From NCBI RefSeq assembly GCF_004010195.1, contig NC_057749.1:6501327-6559033 (forward strand): 57,707 bases of DNA, given 5' to 3'. Below the pieces are notes generated by a model. That model made no database searches. It worked only from the letters and a program-made list of their open reading frames with translations, and had not been told where the DNA came from. This document shows positions 1-12,144 of this stretch, piece after piece. This DNA comes from Chiloscyllium plagiosum (taxonomy: Eukaryota). How positions within the stretch are numbered: position 1 is the first letter of the stretch; each line of letters opens with the position of its first letter. The position numbers and the translations under genes are program-made.

Positions 1-163
1 GAGAACTGGCCATTCCCCTTTCATTGTACAAATATTCATTTCAAAACTTAAAAGCTTCTTCAAGTAGGTACACCCAGACATCTTGGAATCCATGACTTTA
101 TGACCCCTCTGAAAAAAAAAAGCCAAGGGTAACAATACCTTGTTAAAGGAGTAGCGTCATCAC
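1..163 (-). mobile_element. Partial solo LTR of the ~630-bp LTR-like family
   Basis: Aligns with the reverse complement of 5194-5354 and ends ...gcgtcatcaca, like the full-length copies. Confidence 0.6.
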
Positions 164-164
164 A

Positions 165-340
165 AGGGCAAGTGGGGAGCACTCCATCACAAGCCTGACT
201 TGTGCCTTGTAGCTGGTGGACAAGCTTTAAGAAGTCAGTAAGTGAGTTACTTGCTGCAGGATTCCTCATCTCTGACACACACTTATATCTATGGTATTTC
301 CATGGACAGTTCAATTTCTGGTCAACATTAACACCCAGAA
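165..340 (-). mobile_element. Fragment of second LINE family (CR1/L2 group)
   Basis: Colinear similarity to 21880-22050 (cctgacttgtgccttgta...gtgagttactt). Confidence 0.65.
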
Positions 341-1573
341 AGGAAGAGAAACAGAGTTTCAAAAATGCAGTCAAGACTTTCAGCATTTTTTCATTTTACA
401 TTTCTCATATCTGTAGTATTTTCCTTTTTTGTTTTTAATGATGCTCAAAAGCTCCACTTATCACTGGACCCCTGCCTGATGGGTGGGTGGGATCATCCTC
501 AGGAGGTGACAAAAATTCAAAGATGACACTTACTCACAGACAGCACTGCATTCTGCCACTGAACGACTCAGACACGGAGACACGGCAGGATCTCACTCTG
601 AGTATATGTTAGCTGCACCACCTAGCAACATGGAGCTTTATTAAGTGCTTGGCTGTCGAGAGTGAGGCACAGGCACTACCTCAGACTGTGGTTGAAGTTG
701 ACTAGTGGAAGCAATTTATGAATTCTGTTGGGAGATATTGCAGTTATGGTGGGAGTGATGAAGAAAGAAGAGGAGGAAGGGCACATCTAAACCTTTTTGG
801 AGGCGACCTCCAAATATACGTGGTAGGGGAGTAAAAGAACATTACCCCCTGATACATCTGATTTGAAATAGTCTTATTATCTCCTCCTGTGTTATTCCAG
901 TGAGCTTTTCTTGAAAGTACTTTTTTCTGAAATACTGCTGAGTATTCCATTGCATTTAGCAATATGTGTGATTTATCTGACAAGTGGCATTCCACATACA
1001 TGCACAGGAGATGAAACTCAGAATTTAATGGAGTTTGGACACTTCTAGGAAGAAGAATGTTAAAATTGCACTTGATATCGGCACTTCACAGCATAGATAG
1101 TTTGCTTGCTTTATTTGCCATAACTAGACCCTAGTCCAATGCTCTTCCGATTGTCTTTCTAATCTTCAAACATTTTGGAATTCAACTTATCTAAAACTCG
1201 ACCAACTGTGCACTACTCCATGCCAAAGCCCTTCTGCTGCTTGGATTCCATTTCCTTGAATTCACTCCCTAAATTGTCTGCCTCATCACCGCCCTGGGTT
1301 AGGGGTGGAGTTAGACAGCTAAAGATATGCTCAGCAATGGTGCAAAGAAGAAATCCAGAGTTCAAAGCGCTGAACGAGACTGTGAAGATAGTGATTGACA
1401 GGCCTTGGAAAGCTTTGGAAACAAGGATGAGAATTTGAAGCAATAATGTGTGCATAGCAGCAGCTTACACTTATAGAGCAACACGAATGTAATAAAAATT
1501 TCAAGTCAGCAATTCCCATGAGCTAGGATCACAGAAATGTTATAACACAGAAAGGCCATTTGGCCCATCATTC

Positions 1574-3216
1574 CATTATGGACCAGACCAGACCCCCTCA
1601 AGATATATTAAAAAGATAGAGTAGACCCAAACTTCCTCTTATTTTGAAGATAGGTATAAGGTGCTGCATTCCAGATGCAATTCGATTGGTCAATCTATCC
1701 GATTTGAAGCAAAACACACTTTATTTATTCACTCTTATAGCTAAGATAGATTTTATTTGATCAGTAAATAAATTAAGAGTTATAGTGACAATAGACAATA
1801 GATAATAGGTGCAGGAGTAGGCCATTCTGCCCTTCGAGCCTGCACCACCATTCAATCTGATCATGGCTGATCATCCTTAATCAGTATCCTGTTCCTGCCT
1901 TATCTCTATAACCCTTGATCCCACTATCCTTGAGAGCTCTATCCAACTCTTTCTTAAATGAATCCAGAGACTGGGCCTCTACTGCCCTCTGTGGCAGAGC
2001 ATTCCACACAACCACCACTCTCTGGGTGAAGAAGTTTCTCCTCATCTCTGTCCTAAATGGTCTACCCTGTATTTTTAAGCTGTGTCCTCTGGTTCGGCAC
2101 TCACCCATCAGCGGAAACATGTTTCCTGCCTCCAGAGTGTCCAATCCTTTAATAATCTTATATGTCTCAATCAGATCCCCTCTCAGTCTTCTAAACTCAA
2201 GGGTATACAAGCCCAGTCGCTCCAGTCTTTCAGCGTAAGGTAGTCCCGCTATTCCAGGAATTGACCTCGTGAACCTACGCTGCACTCCCTCAATAGCTCC
2301 TCAAATCTGGAGNNNNNNNNNNNNNNNNNNNNNNNNNNNNNNNNNNNNNNNNNNNNNNNNNNNNNNNNNNNNNNNNNNNNNNNNNNNNNNNNNNNNNNNN
2401 NNNNNNNNNNNTCTGCCTTCCTGTTCTTGCCACCAAAGTGGATAACCATACATTTATCCACATTGAACTACATCTGCCATGCATCTGACCACTCACCTAA
2501 CTTGTCCAGGTCACCCTGTAACCTCCTAACATCCTCCTCACATTTCACCCTGCCACCCAGCTTCGTATCATCAGCAAATTTGCTAATGTTATTACTAATA
2601 CCATCTTCTATATCATTAATGGTGAGAGGGCGGGTAAGTGGAGCTGAGGCCATAATAAAGATCAGCCATGATCTTATTGAATGGCGGAGCAGACTCAAGG
2701 GGCCAGATGGCCTACTCCTGCTCCTTGTTCTTATGCTATGTTCTCCAGTTAAAACACAATGAAAGAAAGAATAGATAAAAGAACTGCCTTAGCTGTAACT
2801 CTATCAGAAATCTTAACAGACTAGTGGATTGGTTAGCTACTAAACAATAACTGTTCCAATATTGTAACATCTCATTAAGACACCCTGAGCAAAAGACAAA
2901 TTCAGATTGTTTCACAAGCAACCCCGGCAGCAAGAAGAGAACCCCAGCTTTTAGCTGTAACTGAGAGAGGGAAAAACTAATAGCTTCAAGATCCCAGCGG
3001 CAACTGATACTGCAAACTAAAACAAAAACTAAAAATCCTGATTCTGTGAGAGCTGGACCACATCCAGTCAGGCTGCTTCTATTGTTTCAACTTAAAAAAA
3101 AAACAAGGTCTCACAATCTGTTTACTTTATTGGCTTTCCAGTTTGGCACCATTGTCTTCAAACCTATCTTTAACAAAATGAACAAAATTACCTGTTAAAG
3201 CTGTAGTATTGTTATA
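1574..3216 (-). mobile_element. Solo LTR (~630-bp family) split by CR1 insertions: ~1574-1744 and ~2746-3216
   Basis: Both halves are colinear with the intact copy at 44339-44966. Confidence 0.7.
1789..2618 (-). mobile_element. Young 5'-truncated CR1 LINE (RT C-terminus and 3' tail), contains an N-gap
   Basis: ORFs with ISKFADDTKLGG and RLGLYTLEFRRLRGDLIETYKI...FFTQRVV; caataga tail repeat. Confidence 0.93.
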
Positions 3217-3774
3217 CTACGTTAGTTCTACTACTGAATGCCAGTCTCCTGCCTTTTCCCCACATCCCTCCATACCATTTCTATTCAAATAGTCATCCAA
3301 TACCCTTATGGATGTCTCAGTTGAACCTGCCTCCACTACATTTCCAAGCAGTGCATTCTATACTCCAGCCACTTCCTGTGTGAAAGTTTCTTTCTCACAT
3401 CTCCCTTGCTTCAATTGCACATTGCTTTAAATGCACACCCTCTCATTCCTGGTATTTTTAAGATGAGGAACAACCTCTCCTGATCTGCTGTATCCAGCCA
3501 TCTATCTTCGCTCCAAAGAAAACAGTCCCAACCTCTTCAATCCATACAGGATGGTCAATGAAGGATGAGCCTCACCAGTTGTGTCCTCATCCAGTGAATG
3601 AACAATAAAAATTGCAAAACGAAGAATGACACCAAGTGTTGTATACAGACATTAGGATAGGTGACCACTTGGCCAAAGAGGTAGGTTTGTCTTAAAGGAG
3701 AGTCATTGAGGTAGAGATGAGACAAGGTGTAGGGAGGGAATTTCAGAGCCTGGGGTCTAGGGACCTGGAGGCAC

Positions 3775-3911
3775 CTCAGGTCATTCCTGATGAAGGACTC
3801 TTGCCTGAAATGTTGATTTTCCTGCTCCTCGGATGCTGCCTGACCTGCTGTGCTTTTCCAGCACCACTCTTATCTTGACTCTAATCTCCAGCATCTGCAG
3901 TCTTCACTTTC
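3775..3911 (+). mobile_element. Short Penelope-type element (family D) with decayed hammerhead motif
   Basis: CTGATGA 3787-3793 and GAAA 3807-3810; 12-bp TSD acctggaggcac at 3763-3774 and 3912-3923. Confidence 0.75.
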
Positions 3912-3974
3912 ACCTGGAGGCACAGCCTGCAATGGTAGAGTGATTAAAATTAACAAAGTGAAAAATGCCAGAAT

Positions 3975-4562
3975 GTGACCATAAGACCTAGGAGCAGAAA
4001 TTAGGCCATTCAGCCCATTGAGTCTGCTCCGCCATTCAATCTTGGCTGATATGGTTTCCCAACCCCATTCTCCCACGTTCTACCCATAATCCTGGATCCC
4101 CTTGATCCCCAAGAACCTATCTATCCTAGGTTTAAATATACTCAATGACCTGGCCTCCACAGACTTTTGTGGCAATGAATTCCATCAATTCACCACTCTC
4201 TGGCTGAAGATGTTTCTCCCTATCTCCATTCTAAAAGGGCTTCCCTTTACTCTAAGGCTGTACCCTTGGGTTCCTGGTCTCTCCTACCAATGGAAATATC
4301 TTCCCAACATCTACTCTGGACAGGCCATTCAGTATTCTGTACGCTTCAATTAGATCCCCCCCCTGCCATCCTTAAAAATTCCATCGAGTCTACAAATTGT
4401 TCCTCATATGATAAGCTTTTCACTCCTTGGACCATTCTTGTGAACCTCCTCTGAACACACTCCAGGGCCAGTACATCCTTCCAGAGATATAGGGCCCAAA
4501 ACTGTGCATAATACTCCAAATGTGGTCTGACCAGACCATTATAGAGCCTCAGAAGTACATCC
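3975..4562 (-). mobile_element. CR1 LINE 3' fragment
   Basis: LYNGLVRPHLEYYAQFW...VQRRFTRMV plus CR1 3' tail. Confidence 0.9.
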
Positions 4563-5193
4563 GTGAGGAGTGTAGGTACTCTGGGAGAGTTGTGGGTCTG
4601 TAGGAGATGAATTCGGAGAGGCGAGGCAATGCAGGGATTGGAAAACAAGGGTGAGAATTTTAAAATGAGATGTTGCTTGACCCAGAGCCAGTTTCTGTCA
4701 GTGAGCAGAGGGGGAGCTTGGTAAATGGGGGATGGTGCGAACTGAGACACAGGCAGCAAGGTTCTGATTACATCAAGTTAATGGAGATTAGGAAGTGGGA
4801 GACCAGCCAGAAGCAAATTGGCACAATCATGTCCAAAGGACTCTAACTTTAAATATGCACTTTAATGAGAACATCAGTTCCCATTGTCAGCTCATAGCCG
4901 GATAGTGGGTGAATGGGCCTTGGTGCGAGTTTGGATAATGTGAGACTTGGTAATCAATGGAGTCACACACCTGGATTGCTGTGGAGTAGTTACAATTCAA
5001 GCCTCCCTCTACCTGAAATGGCAAAGACTTTGCCCTTCAGTCTATCACAACGTTACAAGGCAGTATTCAGGGATCACTGTTCACCATCAAAGTGAAACTG
5101 TCTTAAGGCAAGGACAAGAGACAGGATGCAGAGCATCAATGGCCTCCTGTAATCTTAGCCCTCAGTTGCCACCTTGAAAAGAGGGCTCAATGG

Positions 5194-5490
5194 TGTGACG
5201 ATGCTGCTCCTTTGCAAAATTACATTGTCCTTGGTGTTATTTTCAGAGGGGTTGTAAAGGCACAGGTTCCGACATGTCTGTGTTTATCCATTTGAAGAAA
5301 TTTCAAGTTTTTAAAAAAACCATGTTTACAATGAAATGGGAGTGGCCAGTTCTCCAAGCTCAGCTTTTCTCTGGTTTGTTTTGGTTTTAGTAGCTGCTGG
5401 TCAAGTTTTAGCTGGGAACCCAGAGAAGCTGCTGGGGACCCAAAGAAGCAGCTCCATGCTGATAGTCTCTCTCTCTCTCTCTCTCTGAAA
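5194..5490 (+). mobile_element. Partial solo LTR (~630-bp family), opposite orientation to the other copies
   Basis: Starts tgtgacgatgc; reverse complement matches 1-163. Confidence 0.6.
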
Positions 5491-5530
5491 TGTTTTGTGG
5501 GGGGGGGGGGGGGTGCAGTCGGGGTCTGCC

Positions 5531-5783
5531 TGGCCAATAGCAGTGGTTTGCACTGCTGCCTGACAGTACCATGGACTTGGGTTTGTTTCCAGCCTCAGGT
5601 GATTGCCTGTATGGATTTCCTCTGGGTGCTCTGGTTTCCTTCCTTAGTCAGGTTAGGTGGATCAGCCATGGGAAATGCAGGATAACAGAGATAGAGTGGC
5701 TCAAAATGGAATGCTCTTTGGAGGGTTGGTGTAGATTTGATGGGCTGAATAGACTGCTTCCACGCTGCCGGCATTCTATGACA
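5531..5783 (+). mobile_element. HE1-type V-SINE, degenerate
   Basis: tRNA-like head cagtggtttgcactgctgcc and CR1-derived tail. Confidence 0.8.
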
Positions 5784-5944
5784 TAATCTGAAGAGAGTGG
5801 CAGTTGGCTTTTGTTCTCCCTTTGGGTTTCAAAGCACTTCAGAGTGAATTTGCATTGACATAACAACTCATTATTCATGAAGGTTAAGTCACACAGGAAA
5901 AGGTTCACTCCTTTCTGAAGGAAATGGGCTGCTGGATAAAAGAA

Positions 5945-6259
5945 AATAGTTGCATTTACAAATCACCTTTGACAATCTCAGCTTGCTTTACAGCTAATGG
6001 AGCACTCTTGAAGTGCAGCCAATCCAGGAAATGTAACAGCTGACAAAAGCACAGCAAGCTCCCACTAAGACCAAGGAGATAATGACATGAAATCTGTTGT
6101 GATAATGTTGATTTAGTGATGATTAAAAGCTAGGGAGTGGGGATAATTTTTTCAAGCAGTGCCTTTTATGTCCACTTGAGAGAGCAGAGGTTGCCTCAGC
6201 CTTATAATTCTTCTAAAGAGGGTAGCCCAGGCAACACAACACCCCCATTTCCCTTCAGG
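5945..6259 (-). mobile_element. DeuSINE (SacSINE1-like) relic
   Basis: Resembles recalled Deu-domain (tccacttgagagagcagaggttgcctc) and tail (gcacagcaagctcccac); related copy at 22595-22870. Confidence 0.55.
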
Positions 6260-6275
6260 CTGGAATAGAATAGAA

Positions 6276-6491
6276 GAAAGTGAGTGCTGCAGATGCTAGA
6301 GATCAGAGTCGAGAGTGTGGTGCTGGAATAGCACAGCAGGTCAGGCAGCATCCGAGGAGCAGGAGAATCAATGTTTCAGCATTAAGCCCTTCACCACCCT
6401 TCCAGATCAAGGACCCATGCCTGAAACATCGATTCTCCTGCTCCTCGGATGCTGCCTGACCAGCTATGCTTTTCCAGCACCACACGCTCGA
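6276..6491. mobile_element. Inverted dimer of family-D Penelope-type element
   Basis: Arms ~6306-6377 and ~6423-6493 are inverted; direct repeat ctggaatagaatagaa at 6260-6275 and 6492-6507. Confidence 0.85.
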
Positions 6492-6585
6492 CTGGAATAG
6501 AATAGAACACCTCCTGGCTTAAAGGTGAGCCAAGACTGCCACCTCGACAATAGGACAAGGGACTTTATGTGGCTCAAGGACATAT

Positions 6586-7226
6586 TGTTATGGACTAGGC
6601 CAGACCACTCAAAGCATTCTTAAACAGACAGCTCCAGACCATAACTTTGCAATTTGTTTCGGTAAGTGTACAGTGAAAATTACCCTGAACAAGATAGTTA
6701 GGTTGACTACTAGATTTTAAATCAGACAAACATTTATTCACAGAATTACACAATGAAACACAAAGAACAGAAAAAAGAACCCCTACAGAACTCAGTCTAT
6801 CCAAACTAGACTTAATTATGCTGTCTCCACAACAGTCCCAAAAAGCAAACTCCCTTTAAAATGAGTATAAATGGAACACATGCTTATAGGTTGAAATTGA
6901 AGGACAGGAGGAGAGAGAGCAAGAGAGTTTCCACACAGGTCCCTGTTGAACTCCTTACCAATTCAGACTGAACTAAACCGCTCAGTTAGAGAGCTGACCA
7001 CTCCCCTTCCATTATACAGGTCACTTCTAAAACATGACCACTTTGGCCTGAAGTCTCATCTGTTTACATATAAACAAAAGGCCTCTCAAAATCCTTTTTC
7101 ATTTCTTTACCAAACCAGACTGATCGAACCTGGCCTGGTTTATTACCCCTCTGAAAAAGATCAAGGATAGAGTTTCCTTGAGCCAAGGAACAGCTTTTAG
7201 TAAAAAAAAAGACTAGCTTTGTGACA
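6586..7226 (-). mobile_element. Full-length solo LTR (~640 bp)
   Basis: tgttatgg...tgtgaca termini; AATAAA on the - strand near 6733; related to 44339-44966; no clean TSD. Confidence 0.7.
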
Positions 7227-7621
7227 CAGTGACCTGAATTCCCACAATTGCACCCTGAAGCATACTTTTCCTTCCTCATTACTACCTGTTTCTGAATGAT
7301 TAGTAACAAATCCCATGCCCTAACAATCTCATTTCAGCATGAGCACATGACAAAGATTTCCCTTGATATTGCCATGGTGGATGGCTAAGTCAAGGTCCTC
7401 CATTTGATGGTCAAGGCCACCTGGCTGCCACTCTGGCCAAGCAGATCTTACTGGCCTCGAAACTGACGGTGCTGACGATGTGTGAAGGGATTAGCATCTC
7501 TGGCAACTTTTACTGGGATAAACTCAAAACGTTGCTTTTTTGAACATGACAGTGAGTACAAACCTATCTTGCGGTCCACGTCACTTCAGAGCACTGAAAG
7601 GGTGAGTTTAACCCTTTATCC

Positions 7622-7912
7622 AAATGCCAGAGACTTGGGTTCGATTCCATCCTCAAGTAACTGTCTGTGTGAAGTTTGCACATTCTTCCCGTGTCTGTGT
7701 TGGCTTCCTCCGAGTGCTCCGGTTTCCACTCACAGTCCAAAGATGTGCAGGTTAGGTGGATTGGCCATGCTAAATTGCCTGTACTGTCCAGGGATGTGTA
7801 GGCTAGGTGGGTTAACCATGGGAAATGCAAGGTTACAGGGTGATGCTCTTCAGAAGGTCAGTGTGAAATCGATGGGCTTAATGGTCTGTATCCACATTAT
7901 AGGGATTCTATA
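7622..7912 (+). mobile_element. HE1-type V-SINE
   Basis: B-box gggttcgattcc and V-domain gtgctccggtttcc...cacagtccaaagatgtgcagg. Confidence 0.88.
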
Positions 7913-8140
7913 ATTCTGTCCCTTCTTTAGATCAAGGTTCATTGTTTAAATGTTTGCATGTGGGATGTACATATCAAGGGTGGCATGCAGTTCAAAGCTT
8001 TGTGACAAAAATCAAAGTTTAATACTATTTTTTACAGATTACAACCTTCCCATCAAACAAATTTCTACAGATAATAATTTCCAGTCAAAAGGTTACACAT
8101 TGACTATCCAACAGTATTCCCACAGTTTATATTCTAGGTT

Positions 8141-9024
8141 GCTGTGGTTCTGTTCGCCGAGCTGGAAGTTTTTGTTGCAAACGTTTCGTCCCCTGTCTAG
8201 GTGACATCCTCAGTGATTGGGAGGTCCTGTGAAGCGCTTCTGTGGTGTTTCCTCCGGCATTTATAGTGGCCTGTCCCTGCCNNNNNNNNNNNNNNNNNNN
8301 NNNNNNNNNNNNNNNNNNNNNNNNNNNNNNNNNNNNNNNNNNNNNNNNNNNNNNNNNNNNNNNNNNNNNNNNNNNNNNNNNNNNNNNNNNNNNNNNNNNN
8401 NNNNNNNNNNNNNNNNNNNNNNNNNNNNNNNNNNNNNNNNNNNNNNNNNNNNNNNNNNNNNNNNNNNNNNNNNNNNNNNNNNNNNNNNNNNNNNNNNNNN
8501 NNNNNNNNNNNNNNNNNNNNNNNNNNNNNNNNNNNNNNNNNNNNNNNNNNNNNNNNNNNNNNNNNNNNNNNNNNNNNNNNNNNNNNNNNNNNNNNNNNNN
8601 NNNNNNNNNNNNNNNNNNNNNNNNNNNNNNNNNNNNNNNNNNNNNNNNNNNNNNNNNNNNNNNNNNNNNNNNNNNNNNNNNNNNNNNNNNNNNNNNNNNN
8701 NNNNNNNNNNNNNNNNNNNNNNNNNNNNNNNNNNNNNNNNNNNNNNNNNNNNNNNNNNNNNNNNNNNNNNNNNNNNNNNNNNNNNNNNNNNNNNNNNNNN
8801 NNNNNNNNNNCCACTACAGCGGATAGCTGAAACTGACAACCGGAAGCGGCAGGTTCAGGCCACTATAAATGCCGGAGGAAACACCACAGAAGCGCTTCAC
8901 AGGAGGCTCCCAAGCACTGAGGATGTCACCTAGACAGGGGACGAAACGTTTGCAACAAAAACTTCCAGCTCGGCAAACAGAACCACAACAACGAGCACTC
9001 GAGCTACAAATCTTCTCACAAACT
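8141..9024 (+). mobile_element. Penelope-like element: 3' pLTR plus inverted partial pLTR, interior in N-gap
   Basis: 8141-8281 is the reverse complement of ~8847-8989; hammerhead motif in both copies; TSD tttatattctaggtt at 8126-8140 and 9025-9039. Confidence 0.85.
8914..8953 (+). ncRNA. Minimal type I hammerhead ribozyme motif
   Basis: GCA-CTGAGGA-T-GTCACCT-AGAC-AGGGGAC-GAAA-CGTT-TGC: intact core, stem II, 3-bp stem I, palindromic ACGT stem III; mirror copy on the - strand at 8177-8215. Confidence 0.75.
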
Positions 9025-9257
9025 TTTATATTCTAGGTTAGCACAATAGATTACTTTCCCCAACTATATCATAGATGTTACCATTTTAGGTATATCTTCT
9101 ATCTGCGGGCGTGAATCTGTAATTATCAGAAATCCTATTCTGTCCATTTTTCTCCTTTCAGTACCAAGCCAGATCTTCTGAAGCAAGGTAAGAGATATAA
9201 TGCAGAATGCAATTAACTTTATCTGGTCAACCAAGCCTCCTTTTGGGTTGTGCAGTT

Positions 9258-9537
9258 TTAGATTAGATTTCTTACAGTGTGGAAACAGGCCCTTCGGCCC
9301 AACAAGTCCACACTGACCCTCCGAAGAGCAACCCACCCAGACCCATTCCCCTACATCTAACACTACGAGCAGTTTAGCATGGCCAATTCACCTAACCTGC
9401 ACATTTTTAGACTGTGGGAGGAAACCCACGCAGACACAGGGAGAATGTGCAAACTCCACACAGTCAGTTGCCTGAGGCGCAAATTGAATCCAGGTCTCTG
9501 GCACTGTAAGGCAGCAGTGCTAACCACTGTGCCACCC
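9258..9537 (-). mobile_element. HE1-type V-SINE
   Basis: Head to aatctaatcta tail on the - strand. Confidence 0.9.
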
Positions 9538-9562
9538 TGTTTACCTGCTGCTTTAGTTAGAC

Positions 9563-9672
9563 TCTCTCTGGAGTGGGTTTCTTTTCGGGAAGGGCTTATG
9601 CCCGAAACACCGACTCTCCTGCTACTCGGATGCTGCCTGAACTGCTGTGCTTTCCCAGCACCATACTTTTCA
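9563..9672 (+). mobile_element. Family-D Penelope-type element, truncated
   Basis: gaagggcttatgcccgaaac; 13-bp TSD gctttagttagac at 9550-9562 and 9673-9685. Confidence 0.75.
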
Positions 9673-9689
9673 GCTTTAGTTAGACCCTC

Positions 9690-10110
9690 ATCATGCGACT
9701 CTTATTCCTATCATACTATTCCAGCCAATTGGGTTGCCTCCAGCACCATCTTATTTTTGATCTTTTTGTAATCATCTCTCTGCCTTAATTAATCAGATCA
9801 TATTCAGCTGTTGACACTTTACTCACACTGTCTGATACTTTTAGATCACCTGCAGAGACATTATCCAGCCTGTCCACACTCCACTCACACCATCTGTGCT
9901 TATCTTTTGAATCTCTTAATTTCCTGGAATTATCTTGCTTTTACCTCTCTGCCTATAAATTCTGTGCATGCGCAGTTCCCTCCACTTCACCTGATGAAGG
10001 AGCAGCTTTCCAAAAGCCAGCGCTTCTAAAAAAGCTGTTGGACTATAACCTGGCGTCGTGTGACTTTTGACTTTGTCCACCCCAGTTCAAGACCGGCATC
10101 TCCACATCGC
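9690..10110 (+). mobile_element. Penelope-type pLTR of another family, with decayed hammerhead
   Basis: CAC-CTGATGA-AGGAGCAGCTTTCC-AAAA-GCCA-GCG at 9988-10022, followed by ctgttggactataacctgg. Confidence 0.6.
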
Positions 10111-11004
10111 CTTTTTGCAGAACAGGGTTCTGTTCTGGAGTCCGTTTGGAAGGCGAATTGTGCGTAAGTTGGAACACAACGTAGGGCAATGGAAAGCAGC
10201 CACTTTTAAGTAAGGAAATGTTGATACCTCAATTCTTTAAAAGCATAATCATGTCCGAGATCCCAGTTGTAAGTATGAGCCTTCGTAAATCCTATGTTCT
10301 CCATGAATCTACAGTCACTGAGAACTTTCAAAGCTAGCCAATCTTTTTATTTATGAGCACATGTAGATTATGTTTTCATAAAATGGAAACAGTACTCTAA
10401 TTCGGAAAGGAAACATTGTAATGTGTTATTTTGGTGTTGTAAACACAGAGATAAATGCATGATATTGAGATGACAATACAGTATTGGTGGCGCTGTTTCA
10501 GTGAGTCACGATATGATTCAGTAACCCACCTTCTTTCTGATTTATTGTTCATGGGACTGGAGTGTTAACATTGTAATTAAGAATGGGCAGTAATTGCTGG
10601 CCTCGTCAGCAACACTCATATCGCATGAACAAGTAGATAGAAAGAAAATTATGGTTACCACTTCACAAATCGCAGTGTCACTCAGTAAGAGAGCTTACCT
10701 TTGTCATGTGAGCACCCATTTCTCCCCAGGGACTGTTCAATGTCTTTTTTCTTGAATGGACTATATATAGAAAGTGATTTGCCTTTGTCCAATTATGGGA
10801 AAAAATAAATTATATGGCGTCAGTCTGCACAGTGTGACTTTCTGGTATTTGAATTGAGACAAAAGATCTAAACAGCATCAAAATAAAACACAGAGGAAAT
10901 TGGTAGTTACTGGATTGCTGACACACAAAAAAAGTTCAGTTTCTCTCCTCAATTATTCACAGCCTTTACTCACAAACAGGCAAATGTCTCAACTTTTTAA
11001 ATCA

Positions 11005-11320
11005 ATTCACAGGATGAGGGTGTCACTGGCCTGGTCAGCAGTTATTGCCCAGAGGGCAGTTAAGAGTCAGCCATGTTGCTAGAGTCACATATAGGCCAGA
11101 CGAGGTAAGGATGGCAGCTTTCTTCCCTAAAATGACTCGATGGTTTTCTTCCTGACAATCAACAATGGAATTATGGTCATCATTAGACACTTAATTCCAG
11201 ATTTTTAAATGGAATTCAAATTCCATCACCTGCCTTGGTGGGATTCGAACCTGAGTCCCCAGAACATTAGCTGGTTCTCTAGATAAATAGTCCAGTGATA
11301 ATACCACTTGGGCTCCTATA
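11005..11320 (-). mobile_element. tRNA-derived SINE, family B
   Basis: Minus-strand head gtggtattatcactggact...ggttcgaatccc; related copies at 28520-28870 and 30050-30360. Confidence 0.8.
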
Positions 11321-12144
11321 TGACTAGTGCTTTCATTTCCAGATACTACTGTTTTCTTACCTTTTTCTTTCATCCCCCCCGAAAGAAAATTAAATGCAAC
11401 AAACAAACTCCACTGGAATTGTCATGAGGCCATTGTTAAGGTTGTGGGGGATGGGGGCATATGGGTATCAAGAAAGTGATTTATTTTCACGTGCTGGGCT
11501 GCTCGTGTTCCATTTGATATTTCAACAAGAATGTGCAATAGGTTGTCTGCTTGTAGCTGTGCAATTTAGCATGAATAGAACCTTAGAAACAGCCTTTTAT
11601 TTTCTTTTTCTTCCCCTCTAATTATCTTCCTTTGTCTCCGTTCCTGAGAAATGCTGGCCAGGCACCAGCACTTTACCTAATTGGCCAGCATTCAGGTCTG
11701 GACAGTGAGAGCAGTTTAACTGTTGGCAACAGCACAGTCAAGTCCTCACCTGACTTCCACACACATGCACCTTCCAGCAGGAATCACTGGTAAACAATTA
11801 GGAGTGTGAACTCCAGCTGATATTCTCTTTCTCTCACTCAGAGACACGGAGACCTGTTAGCAGCATCTGCAGTGAAACTCTGCCAGAGATAAGAGAGCTC
11901 GAGAAAAGCCAAAGGCTGGGTCTGCGGTTTGACTATCCTGTACCACCTAAATCTAATCAAATCACGGATCAATTTCATATTTATTTCCTTGAGATTTAGA
12001 TCTATTTCATAAGCATTTTTTACTTTGGCGACGGAACTTGAGTGCATCAGATGTGACAACAGTGCGCCTTTCCTTTACTATTGTGGGGATCAAGGTGTGT
12101 GTGACTTCTGGAGAGAACGGTTTTCAATGCGCAGATGGAAACTT

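Larger units (their letters stand above)
1528..3545 (-). mobile_element. Old CR1 3' end split into ~1528-1573 and ~3217-3545 by a nested LTR
   Basis: CR1 tail motif cacagaaaggccatttggcccatc resumes after the LTR as cctgccttttccccacatccc...gaacctgcctccactaca. Confidence 0.6.
3620..4830 (-). mobile_element. Degenerate L2-like LINE 3' region hosting two younger insertions
   Basis: Motif caaagaggtaggttt...aaagga is also at 30527-30560; element is interrupted at 3775-3911 and 3975-4562. Confidence 0.45.

Noticed and set aside
8197..8933. Long ORFs of 192-238 aa
   Set aside because: Artefacts of reading through the N-gap
10115..10300. Possible Tigger-like MITE remnant (cgtaag motifs)
   Set aside because: No resolvable TIRs or TA duplication
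10699..10760. Minus-strand 62-bp exon (tag acceptor, aag|GTAAG donor)
   Set aside because: Weak acceptor and no recognisable product; cannot be distinguished from chance
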